Assembly: GCA_963705705.1 (NCBI GenBank)
Contig: CAVPKK010000006.1
Coordinates: 128,578-192,577, forward strand
Source of the DNA: an uncultured bacterium
GTDB lineage: Bacteria > Babelota > Babeliae > Babelales > JABCYS01
Length of the DNA: 64,000 nt
Direction: 5' to 3'
The notes under the pieces were generated by a model. The model made no database searches. It saw nothing but the letters and a program-made list of their open reading frames with translations, and was not told the origin of the DNA. A program made the position numbers and the translations under genes. How positions within the stretch are numbered: the first letter of the stretch is position 1; the number at the start of each line of letters is the position of its first letter. This document shows positions 40,280 to 50,197 of the stretch, one piece after another.

Positions 40280-41512
40280 TTACTTAGTGGCCTTGATGGT
40301 TGGCTTGCTGCCGAAAAGTGATGTTATCCAGTTCCAAGTATTAGATACAAGCGCTGCAGGATATTCCCAAATGAATGAAAAGCTACTATACCAAGTTTTC
40401 TTTTTCGCTTCAGCCGCTTTCTTTTCAGCTTCTGCTTTTTCTTTCTTTTCTTTTTCAGCTTTTTCTTGTGCTGCTTGCTGCTCGGCCAATTCGACATCAG
40501 TGAGCTTATTTTTTAGCAAAACACCATCTTTTTTGAGATCGGCTACTTGTGTGCTAACGGTATCCGTTAATGAAGCTAATCTTTGTGATGCATCAGTGAA
40601 ATAATTGGCGAATGGCCCATTCAAATACGCATTAATGGCTTGCAGATTTTTAAATGCCGCCTCCATGTGTGCATATGAAATACGTGCCTTGCGATCATCA
40701 ATTTCCTGCCCGATTTCCTTAAAGCGTTGCCAACCCTGACGCTCATAATCCATACTGCGGTTTATTTGCCGCATCATTTCGGTAAGGGCATTGTCTAATG
40801 CAGTATCAAAATCACCGATGGATTTAACATCGGTTTGCAGTTGGACTAACGTCTTTTTCTTTTCTTCAGCCGATGTTTGGATTGCTCGTTCAGACTCAGA
40901 AATATTTCCCTGATGCTGCGAACGATCATGCTCTACTGTAGAGATAAGCTCTTCGAGTGCCTCTTGGAGTTCACCCTGAGCAAAGCCTGATTGAACAAAG
41001 AAGGTAATTAATGAACGATCCGCAGCAGCACGAACCTCAAAGAAGCTAATGCGTGATTCAAGAATATCCTTGAGCAAAGAATTTATTTTTTCATACAATC
41101 TTTGCCCATCTTCCCAGATAACTCTTTTGATGAGCCAATTACCGCCGGATTCAACATCAATGGTTTCAATACCATATTCTTTCCCGAGGGGCGCTACATT
41201 GGCAGGAGCTGGTGTCTCAGCAGCCACAGGTGCTTGCTGTTCCGGATTAGGAATCATCGGGGCCGGCGCAACAGTAGAAATTGGCTGAACTACGGGAGCC
41301 TCAGCGGCACTGGTTTCGGGAGCTGAAATCTTGGCTGCCTCCTCAAGCACTGGCTGAACTTCCTCGTTTGGCGCAGCGGTTGCCACTGGAACTTCAGGCG
41401 TTGGCAATGATTCTGGCGGTACCAGGTTTGGAACTACCACGGCTGGTTCTTGAGTAGCTGCTACCAATTGCATGCCCATTAATAATGCCAAACCAAAACA
41501 TAATAACTTCAT
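40280..41512 (-). CDS. Hypothetical exported protein with Pro/Ala-rich linker and coiled coil
   Basis: Signal peptide, PAPE-rich N-terminal region, long helical body, amphipathic Trp-rich C-terminus. Confidence 0.75.
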   Translation of the reverse strand: MKLLCFGLALLMGMQLVAATQEPAVVVPNLVPPESLPTPEVPVATAAPNEEVQPVLEEAAKISAPETSAAEAPVVQPISTVAPAPMIPNPEQQAPVAAETPAPANVAPLGKEYGIETIDVESGGNWLIKRVIWEDGQRLYEKINSLLKDILESRISFFEVRAAADRSLITFFVQSGFAQGELQEALEELISTVEHDRSQHQGNISESERAIQTSAEEKKKTLVQLQTDVKSIGDFDTALDNALTEMMRQINRSMDYERQGWQRFKEIGQEIDDRKARISYAHMEAAFKNLQAINAYLNGPFANYFTDASQRLASLTDTVSTQVADLKKDGVLLKNKLTDVELAEQQAAQEKAEKEKKEKAEAEKKAAEAKKKTWYSSFSFIWEYPAALVSNTWNWITSLFGSKPTIKATK

Positions 41513-41547
41513 CTATTAACTCCCGTATATCTATTACCTACTAAGTA

Positions 41548-42012
41548 TTACAAAGTTCGTGATAGATCTTCAAGCTCTCGCATCAAAGCGGTATATAATT
41601 CAGCTGCTTCAGGCCCGGTAAAACTTGTACGAACACCTGAATCCACCCGCGTAATCACTGAGCGATCGCTTTTGATATCAATGATATCGATACGAACTAT
41701 ATTCATCATGGGATGAACATTGGATGGGGCACGAACAACGCCAGCGCGGCCAAGTACACTATAGGCAACGTTATTTTCGTCCATGAAACAAAGCATCACC
41801 TTTTTTTGCCACACCATATTATGGTAGCCTTCATGCTCCTTATGGATGGACATCAGAATACTTTCCTGCCCCTTTGGATAAACCGCCTGAATTGGGGTGG
41901 TATGTGGTAGCCCTTTTTCTGAGAAGGTGGCCAATACGCAAACCGTTTTGCCTGTTTTTAAACAATTAAATAGATCATCAGGTAGTTTTATACCTACGTG
42001 TTTTGCTGACAT
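41548..42012 (-). CDS. Pyridoxamine 5'-phosphate oxidase-like (split-barrel) protein
   Basis: CVLATFSEKGLPHTTPI...NM...KVML pattern. Confidence 0.7.
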   Translation of the reverse strand: MSAKHVGIKLPDDLFNCLKTGKTVCVLATFSEKGLPHTTPIQAVYPKGQESILMSIHKEHEGYHNMVWQKKVMLCFMDENNVAYSVLGRAGVVRAPSNVHPMMNIVRIDIIDIKSDRSVITRVDSGVRTSFTGPEAAELYTALMRELEDLSRTL

Positions 42013-43187
42013 ATACGTTCCTTATGGTTTATTAATTTTAAGACGATGTCATTCTCGACTGCCAATCCAGCTGGCGTAAGTTTCAGTCGTTCTTCGTTTT
42101 CCTGGATGAAACCAGATGAAATAAGCTCTTCTACAACGACGGCCGTTCGATCAAAAGGCAATTCAGCCCATGCGATTCCCGTTGTTTGTCGCAGCCCCAA
42201 CATCATTTGTTCTAGTTTCAGCTGCTCATCCGTAAGTGCCTCAGACCATGAAATTGTATTTTCACCCTTTTCAACTTTTTCTATGTAATTAAAAATATTT
42301 TTTTCGTTTTGGGTGCGGATATTAGGCCGCTCAAATGAGCAAGCGCCGACACCAAATCCTTTATAGCCGGTATAGCGCCAATACGCTTGATTATGCTGTG
42401 ATCGATAGCCCGGCTTTGCAAAATTGGAAATCTCATATTGCTCAAAACCTTGGCTCGCTAAAAACTCCACGGTCCATAGGTATAGATCAACCACACCATC
42501 TTCGGCCGGTAATCTGACTTCATCACGTTGCTGTTGCTCTGCTGAGTTGAGCCGATAAAACAATGCAGTGCCTTCATGAATGGTCAAAAAGTACACTGAG
42601 ATATGCTTGATGGGCCAGCTAGTAACCGTTTGTACCATCTCTTTCCATTGCTCATCATCGATGCCGGGCAACCCAATGATCATATCGATCGAAATATTTT
42701 CAAATTCTTTATGCGCAAGGCCGATAAGTGTGGTGACATCCTTTAACGTTTGCAAACGGTTCAGGTTATGCAGCACTTTGTCATTCAAACTTTGCACGCC
42801 AATACTGAGGCGATTAATGCCTGCTTGCTTCCATACTTCGAGCTGACCTGGCTTGACGGTTCCAGGATTTACTTCGATGGTAAATTCGAACGGCGCCTGC
42901 ATTGCACTCGACATTTGATCTACAGCAAATGATGACCGCACAGTTTCCGCCAGATCCAATAACAGTTCATTTGGATAGGTACTTGGTGTACCGCCGCCGA
43001 GGAAGATGGTCTTAATTTGAGGCTTGGTTTCACACTTACCCGCATAGTCCAAAATCTCCTTCTTTAATGCCGCATGATATTGACCCATCATGTGATCTTG
43101 GCCGGTATAGGCGATGAATGGGCAAAAGTGACACCGATAGGGACAAAACGGCCAGTGTATGTATAAAGAAGTTGGAAGAGAGATCAT
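41994..43187 (-). CDS. hemW: Radical SAM heme chaperone HemW (HemN-like)
   Basis: LYIHWPFCPYRCHFC, GGGTPS, NRLSIGVQS, YEISNFA, HNQAYW. Confidence 0.9.
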   Translation of the reverse strand: MISLPTSLYIHWPFCPYRCHFCPFIAYTGQDHMMGQYHAALKKEILDYAGKCETKPQIKTIFLGGGTPSTYPNELLLDLAETVRSSFAVDQMSSAMQAPFEFTIEVNPGTVKPGQLEVWKQAGINRLSIGVQSLNDKVLHNLNRLQTLKDVTTLIGLAHKEFENISIDMIIGLPGIDDEQWKEMVQTVTSWPIKHISVYFLTIHEGTALFYRLNSAEQQQRDEVRLPAEDGVVDLYLWTVEFLASQGFEQYEISNFAKPGYRSQHNQAYWRYTGYKGFGVGACSFERPNIRTQNEKNIFNYIEKVEKGENTISWSEALTDEQLKLEQMMLGLRQTTGIAWAELPFDRTAVVVEELISSGFIQENEERLKLTPAGLAVENDIVLKLINHKERICQQNT

Positions 43188-43201
43188 TATTTAGTGCTCT
43201 A

Positions 43202-43885
43202 TTATTTTTTGTGCTTTGCGCGCTTTGATCCTTCGATCCTTCGAGGGTCCTCAGGAGTGAACCCTTCGACAGTCGTTCGAGTATCGAAGGGCTTTAGGTC
43301 TGAGCTTGTCGAAGACTCAGGATGAGCGCGGTCTTTTTTTGTGTTTGCTTGATTGTCGGGCTCAATCGAAGGACGAGTTGATTGAATAAACTCACGGACC
43401 AGCACAATATCTGCTGCTCGCTGTTCAAGTGATGCTGGTGCTTTGGCAAATTTAATTAACGGACCTTGTTCGAATAATGATTTCATAGCCGCAATTTTCT
43501 CAGGCAGCAATGTCACATCATCAGTGGATAGCAAAGGCAAATAAGCAATAATTTCGGTATCAGTCTTATCAACAAGTGGCTGCTGAAAACGTATTTGGGC
43601 ATAGCGTTTAAAGATGTCAGTGAGTTCTTGGTAGAGTTGAGCTGGTTCATAGATTAAAACATGCTGTTCTAGATGGTTCAAGTCATACAGCGCCTGCTCC
43701 CAATAGGCAAGCGGCTTGGCTGGCTTGCGCGATAGTTTGTACAACCACCAACCTAATGCAACAATCAAAATGGCAATAACGGCGCCTACATAGGCCCAGG
43801 GATTCTGCCACCAGCTCAAAGGGAGCGGGTCATAGATATCATAAAGTTGAGAAAGGAGAGCTTCGGTGTTGTCTGTATTTTTCAT
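43202..43885 (-). CDS. Single-pass membrane protein (DUF4381/Bat-associated-like) with repeat-derived C-terminal tail
   Basis: LYDIYDP..WW then a TM helix, IKFAK motif; follows the DUF58 gene; start set at MKNTD. Confidence 0.65.
   Translation of the reverse strand: MKNTDNTEALLSQLYDIYDPLPLSWWQNPWAYVGAVIAILIVALGWWLYKLSRKPAKPLAYWEQALYDLNHLEQHVLIYEPAQLYQELTDIFKRYAQIRFQQPLVDKTDTEIIAYLPLLSTDDVTLLPEKIAAMKSLFEQGPLIKFAKAPASLEQRAADIVLVREFIQSTRPSIEPDNQANTKKDRAHPESSTSSDLKPFDTRTTVEGFTPEDPRRIEGSKRAKHKK
43219..43330 (+). repeat. Multiply nested family A element inside a CDS tail
   Basis: cgcgctttgatccttcga...ctcaggatgagcgcg enclosing further ccttcga, ctcagg and ctgagcttgtcgaag units. Confidence 0.8.
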
Positions 43886-43938
43886 ATGCATGTAAGTTTT
43901 TAATAAACAAAAGCATATAAGTATACACGGTGTGTCAA

Positions 43939-43987
43939 GCCCCTCGATACATTTGACCTTTTCGGTCAAACACTCGGGGTGAGCGGG
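43939..43987 (+). repeat. Family A element, extended-loop variant
   Basis: gcccctcgatacatttgaccttttcggtcaaacactcggggtgagcggg. Confidence 0.85.
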
Positions 43988-43992
43988 ATTAA

Positions 43993-44904
43993 TTAATATC
44001 CACGTCTTTTTCTAAAAAACCAGATCAGATTATGCAGATATTGTTGACCAGGAGTAACGTCCAGCACATCGACGTTATATTTTTTGAAGTTCAACTCCTG
44101 AACGCGTATGCGTTCCTGCAATAAGCTGTTGATATTCCGCTGAGTCCCACGTTCCAATGGCAAAAGCATTCGGCTTGGATGTTCAACATCTTCAGACCAG
44201 AGAATACCCGCTTCGGGCACAGAACGCTCAACCGCATCAAGGCAGCGTATGGCCACTACTTCCGCTCTTTTGGCTGCAATAGCCCAGGAACTATCTAACT
44301 CATGATCAATAAAATCGGACACGAGTACCAACAATGGTTTTTTATTAAATAAAGTACGTAACTCTTGGAGACCATCCGTGATAGTGCTTAGCTTAGTCAT
44401 CGATTGGCTACGACCTTTGGCATCAGCCAATTCATGAGCAGCTGTAAATAATTTCTCTAAAATCCGACGCACGTGCACTCTGCCCTGTTTTGGCGGGATA
44501 ATGATTGGTTTGGCCTCAATACCGGTTATGCATAACCCCACTGCATCTTTCCCATAATCAGCTACTAAGGCAATGATGCCAGCAAGTTGCGTTATAAGAT
44601 CACTCTTTAATAAGTCAGTGGACCCAAAATAGGTAGAGGGAGAAAAATCGACGATGGGGATAATGGTTCGATTGCGCTCTTCAAAATATTGACGCACAAG
44701 CATTTTTTGCCCACGGGCGGTCGCTTGCCAGTCAATGAAACGTACGTCATCGCCTGGGTGATATTCTCGGAGTTGATCAAATTCAAAGCCACTACCTTTT
44801 TGCGCTGTCGTATGATCACCGACAGACGTACCGCTTAGCAAATGGCGCGCTTTGATTTCGAGTAATTTTATTTGAGCTTGTATTTCTTGATTCAGCATAG
44901 TCAA
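43993..44904 (-). CDS. DUF58 domain protein (MoxR-associated)
   Basis: GSGFEFDQLREYHPGDDVRFIDWQATAR, FEERN, VSDF. Confidence 0.9.
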   Translation of the reverse strand: MTMLNQEIQAQIKLLEIKARHLLSGTSVGDHTTAQKGSGFEFDQLREYHPGDDVRFIDWQATARGQKMLVRQYFEERNRTIIPIVDFSPSTYFGSTDLLKSDLITQLAGIIALVADYGKDAVGLCITGIEAKPIIIPPKQGRVHVRRILEKLFTAAHELADAKGRSQSMTKLSTITDGLQELRTLFNKKPLLVLVSDFIDHELDSSWAIAAKRAEVVAIRCLDAVERSVPEAGILWSEDVEHPSRMLLPLERGTQRNINSLLQERIRVQELNFKKYNVDVLDVTPGQQYLHNLIWFFRKRRGY

Positions 44905-44953
44905 AAATAGTTAATATGTAGTTGCTATGCAGTATACAGCATTTAGAAATCAG

Positions 44954-46186
44954 CTAAATACCAAAGCCTTTTAATGCATTTGGTATTGCTACTGAACCAT
45001 CTTCTTGTTGGTAGGTTTCCAATATAGCAACCATAACACGCGATAGAGCTAGAGAAGAGCCATTTAATGTATGGACTAAACGAGGTTTGCCGCTAGCCTC
45101 TTTACGATAGCGAATGGCACCACGACGAGCTTGGAAATCGGTACAATTACTAATTGATGAAACTTCATAGAAGGCTTTTTGACCAGGAAGCCATACTTCG
45201 AGATCATACGTTCTTGCTGAGGCAAAAGAGCAATCTTGAGAAGCAAGCAAGCTTACGCGATATGGTAATTCCAATGCCTGCAATATTCCTTCAGCGCAGG
45301 CAAGCATACGTTCTTGCTCCTGCTTTGAATTTTCAGGCTCGCAAATGGTAAAGAGTTCGGCTTTCTCAAACTGATGCATACGGATCAAGCCCCGCTCGTG
45401 AGCCCCATAGCTACCAGCTTCACGACGGAAACAGCTCGTCCAGGCCGTCATACGGATAGGTAACTGTTCTGCAGTAAGAATTTGGTCACGATAAATGTTG
45501 GCCAAACTTACTTCTGCTGTTGGAATGAGATACAAATTATCTTCGCAAACTTCGTACACCTGGTCTTTGAATTTTGGCAAATTGCTCGAAACTGTTAATG
45601 ACTGTTCATTAGCTAATGCCGGCGGAAGTACTAAGTTATATCCATGCGCTTTATTATGCTTAAGCATAAACATGACCATGGCATATATAAGTTCAACGCC
45701 TTGACCAAAATAAACCGGAAATTGGCTGCCTGCTATAACAGAGCCGACTGCGAAATCAAACCAGTGAAGCTTTTCTCCAAGTTCTACATGATTCTTTGGC
45801 TCAAATGAAAATTGCCGTGGCTGACCAAATGATCGCACCACTTTATTTGCTGATTTGTCGCCGACTGGAATGTCATCTTCGCAGAGATTGGGGCAGCTTA
45901 GATTTAAAATTTTGAATGTTTTTTGAATTTCTTCATACCGTGCTTCTTTTTCCTTAAGTTCACGGCCAATCGCAATTGATTGTGTACGCAACTCTTCGGT
46001 TACCCCTTTTTTACCGGCTTGGGCTAGTTCATTTTTTTTATGACGGAGATCATCAACCTGTTGTTGTAATTGACCAAGTTCGTGTTCGAGTGATACGAGA
46101 TCTTGGGCTGGGAAGTTTGGATCTTTTTGATGAATTTTTTTTATGGTTTCTTCGGGATGGTCACGAAGCAGATTGCGATCTATCAT
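44954..46186 (-). CDS. serS: Serine-tRNA ligase
   Basis: LIPTAEV, CFRREAGSYG, GLIRMHQFEK, SNCTDFQARR, HTLNGS. Confidence 0.97.
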   Translation of the reverse strand: MIDRNLLRDHPEETIKKIHQKDPNFPAQDLVSLEHELGQLQQQVDDLRHKKNELAQAGKKGVTEELRTQSIAIGRELKEKEARYEEIQKTFKILNLSCPNLCEDDIPVGDKSANKVVRSFGQPRQFSFEPKNHVELGEKLHWFDFAVGSVIAGSQFPVYFGQGVELIYAMVMFMLKHNKAHGYNLVLPPALANEQSLTVSSNLPKFKDQVYEVCEDNLYLIPTAEVSLANIYRDQILTAEQLPIRMTAWTSCFRREAGSYGAHERGLIRMHQFEKAELFTICEPENSKQEQERMLACAEGILQALELPYRVSLLASQDCSFASARTYDLEVWLPGQKAFYEVSSISNCTDFQARRGAIRYRKEASGKPRLVHTLNGSSLALSRVMVAILETYQQEDGSVAIPNALKGFGI

Positions 46187-46306
46187 TTTTGAGTCCGGTT
46201 AAAATCTTAGAGGTGTGATAATAGCATCAGTTCATTTTTTAAAAAGAGAAATCTAAAATCGCGTTACTAAAATTCAACTTATTGAGAAAATAATTCCCAC
46301 TCATAT

Positions 46307-46383
46307 TAAGGGTCCGTGCCCTCCCCTTAATAATCCCCTCCCTAAATTTATTTAAATAGGAGGGTAAACCCTCCATACCACCC
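46307..46383 (-). repeat. Family D double-hairpin element
   Basis: taagggtccgtgccctccccttaataatcccctccctaaa...ggagggtaaaccctccataccaccc. Confidence 0.8.
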
Positions 46384-46466
46384 TTTTTTGCCGCCAACGT
46401 CCGCAAACCAACACACAATTTTTACATTTTATATTCAGGGAAAATGAATCTCAGATTTTTAAGCAT

Positions 46467-46495
46467 AAAAAAAGGCCGCTCTTTCGAACGGCCTC
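46467..46495 (-). terminator. Intrinsic terminator of the HU gene
   Basis: Minus strand AGGCCGTTC-GAAA-GAGCGGCCT followed by a T run. Confidence 0.8.
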
Positions 46496-46519
46496 ACGGG
46501 TATGTATGTCATGTTGAAA

Positions 46520-46798
46520 TTACTTACCTCGTACCAACTCCTTAAGACCTTTGCCCGGTTTGAAACGAGCAACATTGATCTCTGGCAAGCTAATACGTTC
46601 CTTTGTTGCGGGATTAATCCCTTTGCGCGCTGGACGGTGTGATACCCAGAAGGCACCGAATCCGGTGATAGAAACCTTCTGACCTTGTTGCAAGGTGGTT
46701 TTCACAATGCGTTCAAACGCTGCAAGCACACGTGAAACATCTTTTTTGCTAAAGGCTGTTTCACTGCTAAGCGAATGTATAAGTTCGCTCTTGTTCAT
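46520..46798 (-). CDS. hup: HU family DNA-binding protein
   Basis: MNKSELI, GFGAF, RKGINPAT, FKPGKGLKE; GAGGAG RBS. Confidence 0.93.
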   Translation of the reverse strand: MNKSELIHSLSSETAFSKKDVSRVLAAFERIVKTTLQQGQKVSITGFGAFWVSHRPARKGINPATKERISLPEINVARFKPGKGLKELVRGK

Positions 46799-47049
46799 GA
46801 GGAGCTCCTCACTCGAGTTAATGGGGTTAAAAAATACGTATGCTTCATCATACTCCATTCCTTTTTGATGTACGCGAGTGATGTAAGGTGCTCCTGCTGC
46901 GTATGCTTGCGTAATTTTTAAATTACGATGCGCACATCATATTTTTTAAAGAATGTCAAAAATTAAATTTAGGCTTAATCTAATTGCGTTATTTCCTTTG
47001 TCAACCTTAAAGCAATTTTTTAGGGTCATACAATTTATTCGAGGTTTCC

Positions 47050-47856
47050 ATGTTAATTGATACACATTGCCATATAAATCTAATGGTGAAAAAAGAGTTT
47101 GACGCACCGCTATCTGTCGATGAAATCGAAGCTGCGGAACAAATTATTGCAGCTGCTAAATCAGCTGATGTAACTCGCATAATAAATGTGGGCACCAGTT
47201 TAATTGAAAGCAAAAATTCAATTTCATTAGCACAACTGTATCCAAATATTTTTGCATCTGTTGGCATTCATCCAAATGATTTAAATGCGCAGTGGCACAA
47301 TGAATTTGCAGAAGTAAAGAAACTAATTAATGCAAAAAATAAAGTTGTCGCGCTGGGAGAAACAGGTCTTGATTTCTTCCGTTCACCTGACCATGCTCAA
47401 CGACAAATCGATGCATTCAAAGCGCATATCGAATGTGCACTCGAAAATAATTTAGGTTTGGTGATACATTCACGAAATGCAGCGGAAGAAACATTGCGAG
47501 TGTTGGAAGAATATGCAAAAGAAAAATTGCGTGCTGTGATGCATTGCTTTTCGTATGATCATTTTTTTGCAAATAGTTTCATCAATTTAGGTTTTTATCT
47601 TGGCATTGGCGCAACCATCACCTATCCCAAAAATGATATTTTGCGTGATATCGTAACAACTGTTCCGCTCACATCTCTGGTGCTTGAAACTGATGCACCA
47701 TATTTGCCGCCTCAACAAATACGTGGCCAGCGAAATAGTCCGGTCCATATCAGGACCGTCGCTCAATATATTGCTGAATTGAGAAGCATTAATTTAAAGG
47801 ATGTTGCTCACGCGACTACGGAAAATGCAACGAAACTATTTAATCTGCCATTATAA
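47050..47856 (+). CDS. tatD: TatD family hydrolase/DNase
   Basis: LIDTHCH, GIHP, GETGLD, IHSR, HCFS, ETDAPYL. Confidence 0.93.
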   Translation: MLIDTHCHINLMVKKEFDAPLSVDEIEAAEQIIAAAKSADVTRIINVGTSLIESKNSISLAQLYPNIFASVGIHPNDLNAQWHNEFAEVKKLINAKNKVVALGETGLDFFRSPDHAQRQIDAFKAHIECALENNLGLVIHSRNAAEETLRVLEEYAKEKLRAVMHCFSYDHFFANSFINLGFYLGIGATITYPKNDILRDIVTTVPLTSLVLETDAPYLPPQQIRGQRNSPVHIRTVAQYIAELRSINLKDVAHATTENATKLFNLPL

Positions 47857-47890
47857 TATTTGCATGTCCGCCACTTCTTTTTTTGCTATG

Positions 47891-47925
47891 CCGCTCGTAT
47901 CCTTCGACAGGCTCAGGACGAGCGG
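47891..47925 (+). repeat. Family A element (35-bp core)
   Basis: ccgctcgtatccttcgacaggctcaggacgagcgg between convergent genes. Confidence 0.95.
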
Positions 47926-47963
47926 GTCTTCTTGCACTCATGGGATCGTTAAAATTTTAAACG

Positions 47964-48437
47964 CTACTTTTTTAGTAATGCTTTACGGCAAAAACTAGAT
48001 AATCCAACATCCAAAATGATGTGTGAAAATGCACCAAGCGCAAAGTAAAATAAATCAATGGCCAATGAGCTATACGGATGATTGTTCGCATATAAGTAGA
48101 TTGCCGGAATGCCAGCGCAGCAACTAACAAACCACGGATGATGCATAATACCGCGATGGCGGAGAAAAAGTGGTGCGATGCCGAGCAAACTCAATGCAAT
48201 AAACCAACCAGTTCTATGATGCCAAAGAACAAAAATAAGCGCTGCCGTTAATGCGATATAAAATATTTTCTGCCCTTTGCTTTTGATATCGACATCAGGG
48301 AAAAGTGAACCAAGCACTGCACAGCCGATGTATTCGACTGAAGTGTGTAATGAAGCGTGATGCCAACTACCGGTAAGCATCATAGTTCCAATCCCAACGG
48401 CCAGACCACCTGCAACATGTACTTTATAATTCGGCAT
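47964..48437 (-). CDS. YdjM-like membrane metal-dependent hydrolase
   Basis: H near the N-terminus, GSLFPDVD, HRGIMH, SHIILD. Confidence 0.85.
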   Translation of the reverse strand: MPNYKVHVAGGLAVGIGTMMLTGSWHHASLHTSVEYIGCAVLGSLFPDVDIKSKGQKIFYIALTAALIFVLWHHRTGWFIALSLLGIAPLFLRHRGIMHHPWFVSCCAGIPAIYLYANNHPYSSLAIDLFYFALGAFSHIILDVGLSSFCRKALLKK

Positions 48438-49680
48438 GAGGTGTCCTTTCTAATCGTGCAATTGAACAGCCTGGATAGTAGAATGCAAATACATCTTTGT
48501 AGTTGAAGCCACGTCGTACCATTTCACGCGCGCCCCATTGGCATAAGCCTAAACAATGTCCAAATCCTTTTCCTTCAATGCGCACCCGACCATCAGCAAC
48601 ATGCAAGGAAAAGTATGGGCTCTTTAATTGGCCGATCTGCGCTCGTTTGAGCAATGTTGAAAATTGCTTAACTGGCATGGTGTAATTTCCACTCTCCGCC
48701 TTTAAACGAATTTTTTGCACAACACCGGCTTTATCGCTATCCGATTTAATTCCGATTAACTTTTTTATACCTGGCAGTTCCTTTTTAATCGACTGCTCGA
48801 TCGATGCAAGATTGCTGTACAATTCCCATTCATAAATCTTATTTTTCTGGCAATACGGGCAGGCTTTACAGTAACCGCATCCGGGACGTGCTAAATATGG
48901 ATGACTTTGCTTATCAACCCCAACACGTTTGGTTGGCAATACACCACCACAGCAAATATCATACATTGCTAAAATTGGTTGGTCGCGATGAGTAAGAAAA
49001 AGACCTTGGGATTCTGCGACTGCTTGTTTCACCGATGGCTCGGGTTTATGGTAACCACGATATGTTTGATGTGCATTCGTTGCTTTCACGTGATACCAGC
49101 GGCCCACCTTCTCTGCTGCCACGATATTATACAATACATAGCTGCGGCAGGTAATCGCCATCACCTTGTTCATCTCCAATGGCCAGCCAGGATAACTCTC
49201 AGTGCGTAAGACCGTTGCAATATAATCTTCGATATCCAAGCTATTAATAAGCAAAATGCGCTTCTTATCCTCAATGGCATAGAGCACCCCTTGGAAGACC
49301 GTGCCATCTATATTGAGTAAATTATCTTTCGCTTGAATGCGTATTGCTGAAAGTTTGGGTAAAGATCGTTTTGCATCGTCAAATATTTCCAAGCCATTGC
49401 GTGCTGAGATGATGACTTTTTTACAAATTAAGGAAGTGTCTGCGTTTGTTGGATCGCATGCGCATAGCTTTTCTTTGCTTTTGATTTCCCATACTGTTTG
49501 ATCGCCAGATTGTTTTTCATCCAGCAGTACCCGGACATGGCACGGCGCAGTTCCATTTGGTTGGAAGGATTGAGGCTGAGAGTTATAAATGAATGTATTA
49601 AGACCTACAAGTATGCAAAATCCGATTTTGCAAATTTTTGCTAAGGGTCTGTTCGCTTTAAATGACAATACCATGTTCAT
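48424..49680 (-). CDS. SpoIID/LytB domain protein
   Basis: LINSLDIEDYI..VL..E, HQTYRG, GKGFGHCLGLCQWGA, FYYPG. Confidence 0.88.
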   Translation of the reverse strand: MNMVLSFKANRPLAKICKIGFCILVGLNTFIYNSQPQSFQPNGTAPCHVRVLLDEKQSGDQTVWEIKSKEKLCACDPTNADTSLICKKVIISARNGLEIFDDAKRSLPKLSAIRIQAKDNLLNIDGTVFQGVLYAIEDKKRILLINSLDIEDYIATVLRTESYPGWPLEMNKVMAITCRSYVLYNIVAAEKVGRWYHVKATNAHQTYRGYHKPEPSVKQAVAESQGLFLTHRDQPILAMYDICCGGVLPTKRVGVDKQSHPYLARPGCGYCKACPYCQKNKIYEWELYSNLASIEQSIKKELPGIKKLIGIKSDSDKAGVVQKIRLKAESGNYTMPVKQFSTLLKRAQIGQLKSPYFSLHVADGRVRIEGKGFGHCLGLCQWGAREMVRRGFNYKDVFAFYYPGCSIARLERTPHAEL

Positions 49681-50197
49681 TCAGCCAGTTTTTCATAGGT
49701 GCGGGTATTACTATTTTCTTGTCCAGGCCTTCATTAGCTAATTTGTCGGCATGCTCATTATGCTCGCGATAAATATGCTGCATGCGTGAGCGTTTGTATG
49801 GTTGTATGAGTTTACGTGCAACTGTATAAAGAGGCTTAAGCCCTTCATTTCGAACGGCATATTCGCCATTCATTTGTCGCACAAGGAGTTGGGAATCGGC
49901 AAAAATAGAAAGCTCATCATGTGGTTGCAGGTGTTTTTGTGCATGAAGTAGGCCAAGGACGAGCCCGAGATATTCGGCCTGGTTATTTGTCTTTGTCCCG
50001 AGATAATGGCCAAAGGCAAAAATTGGTTTATCTTCTCGCGTTAAATACATGCCAGCACCAGCTGGCCCTGGATTATTGCGGGCAGCACCATCTACATATA
50101 AATGAAAATGTGCCCCGCGTTCATCGGGCTGTTCATTAACTTTAGCAAACGGTAACGATTGCTGCGTGGGCGGAATGTTACTGCGCTTTTTGCTCAT
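49658..50197 (-). CDS. Ribonuclease HI family protein
   Basis: YVDGAARNNPGPAGAG, TNNQAEY, DSQLLVRQMNG, REHNEHADKLAN. Confidence 0.92.
   Translation of the reverse strand: MSKKRSNIPPTQQSLPFAKVNEQPDERGAHFHLYVDGAARNNPGPAGAGMYLTREDKPIFAFGHYLGTKTNNQAEYLGLVLGLLHAQKHLQPHDELSIFADSQLLVRQMNGEYAVRNEGLKPLYTVARKLIQPYKRSRMQHIYREHNEHADKLANEGLDKKIVIPAPMKNWLNEHGIVI

Noticed and set aside
44397..44437. Hairpin inside the DUF58 gene (ATTGGCT...AGCCAAT)
   Set aside because: Single copy in the window; cannot be distinguished from chance.
46200..46440. T-box or riboswitch upstream of serS
   Set aside because: The structured segment is a family D repeat also found at unrelated loci, and no T-box consensus was seen.
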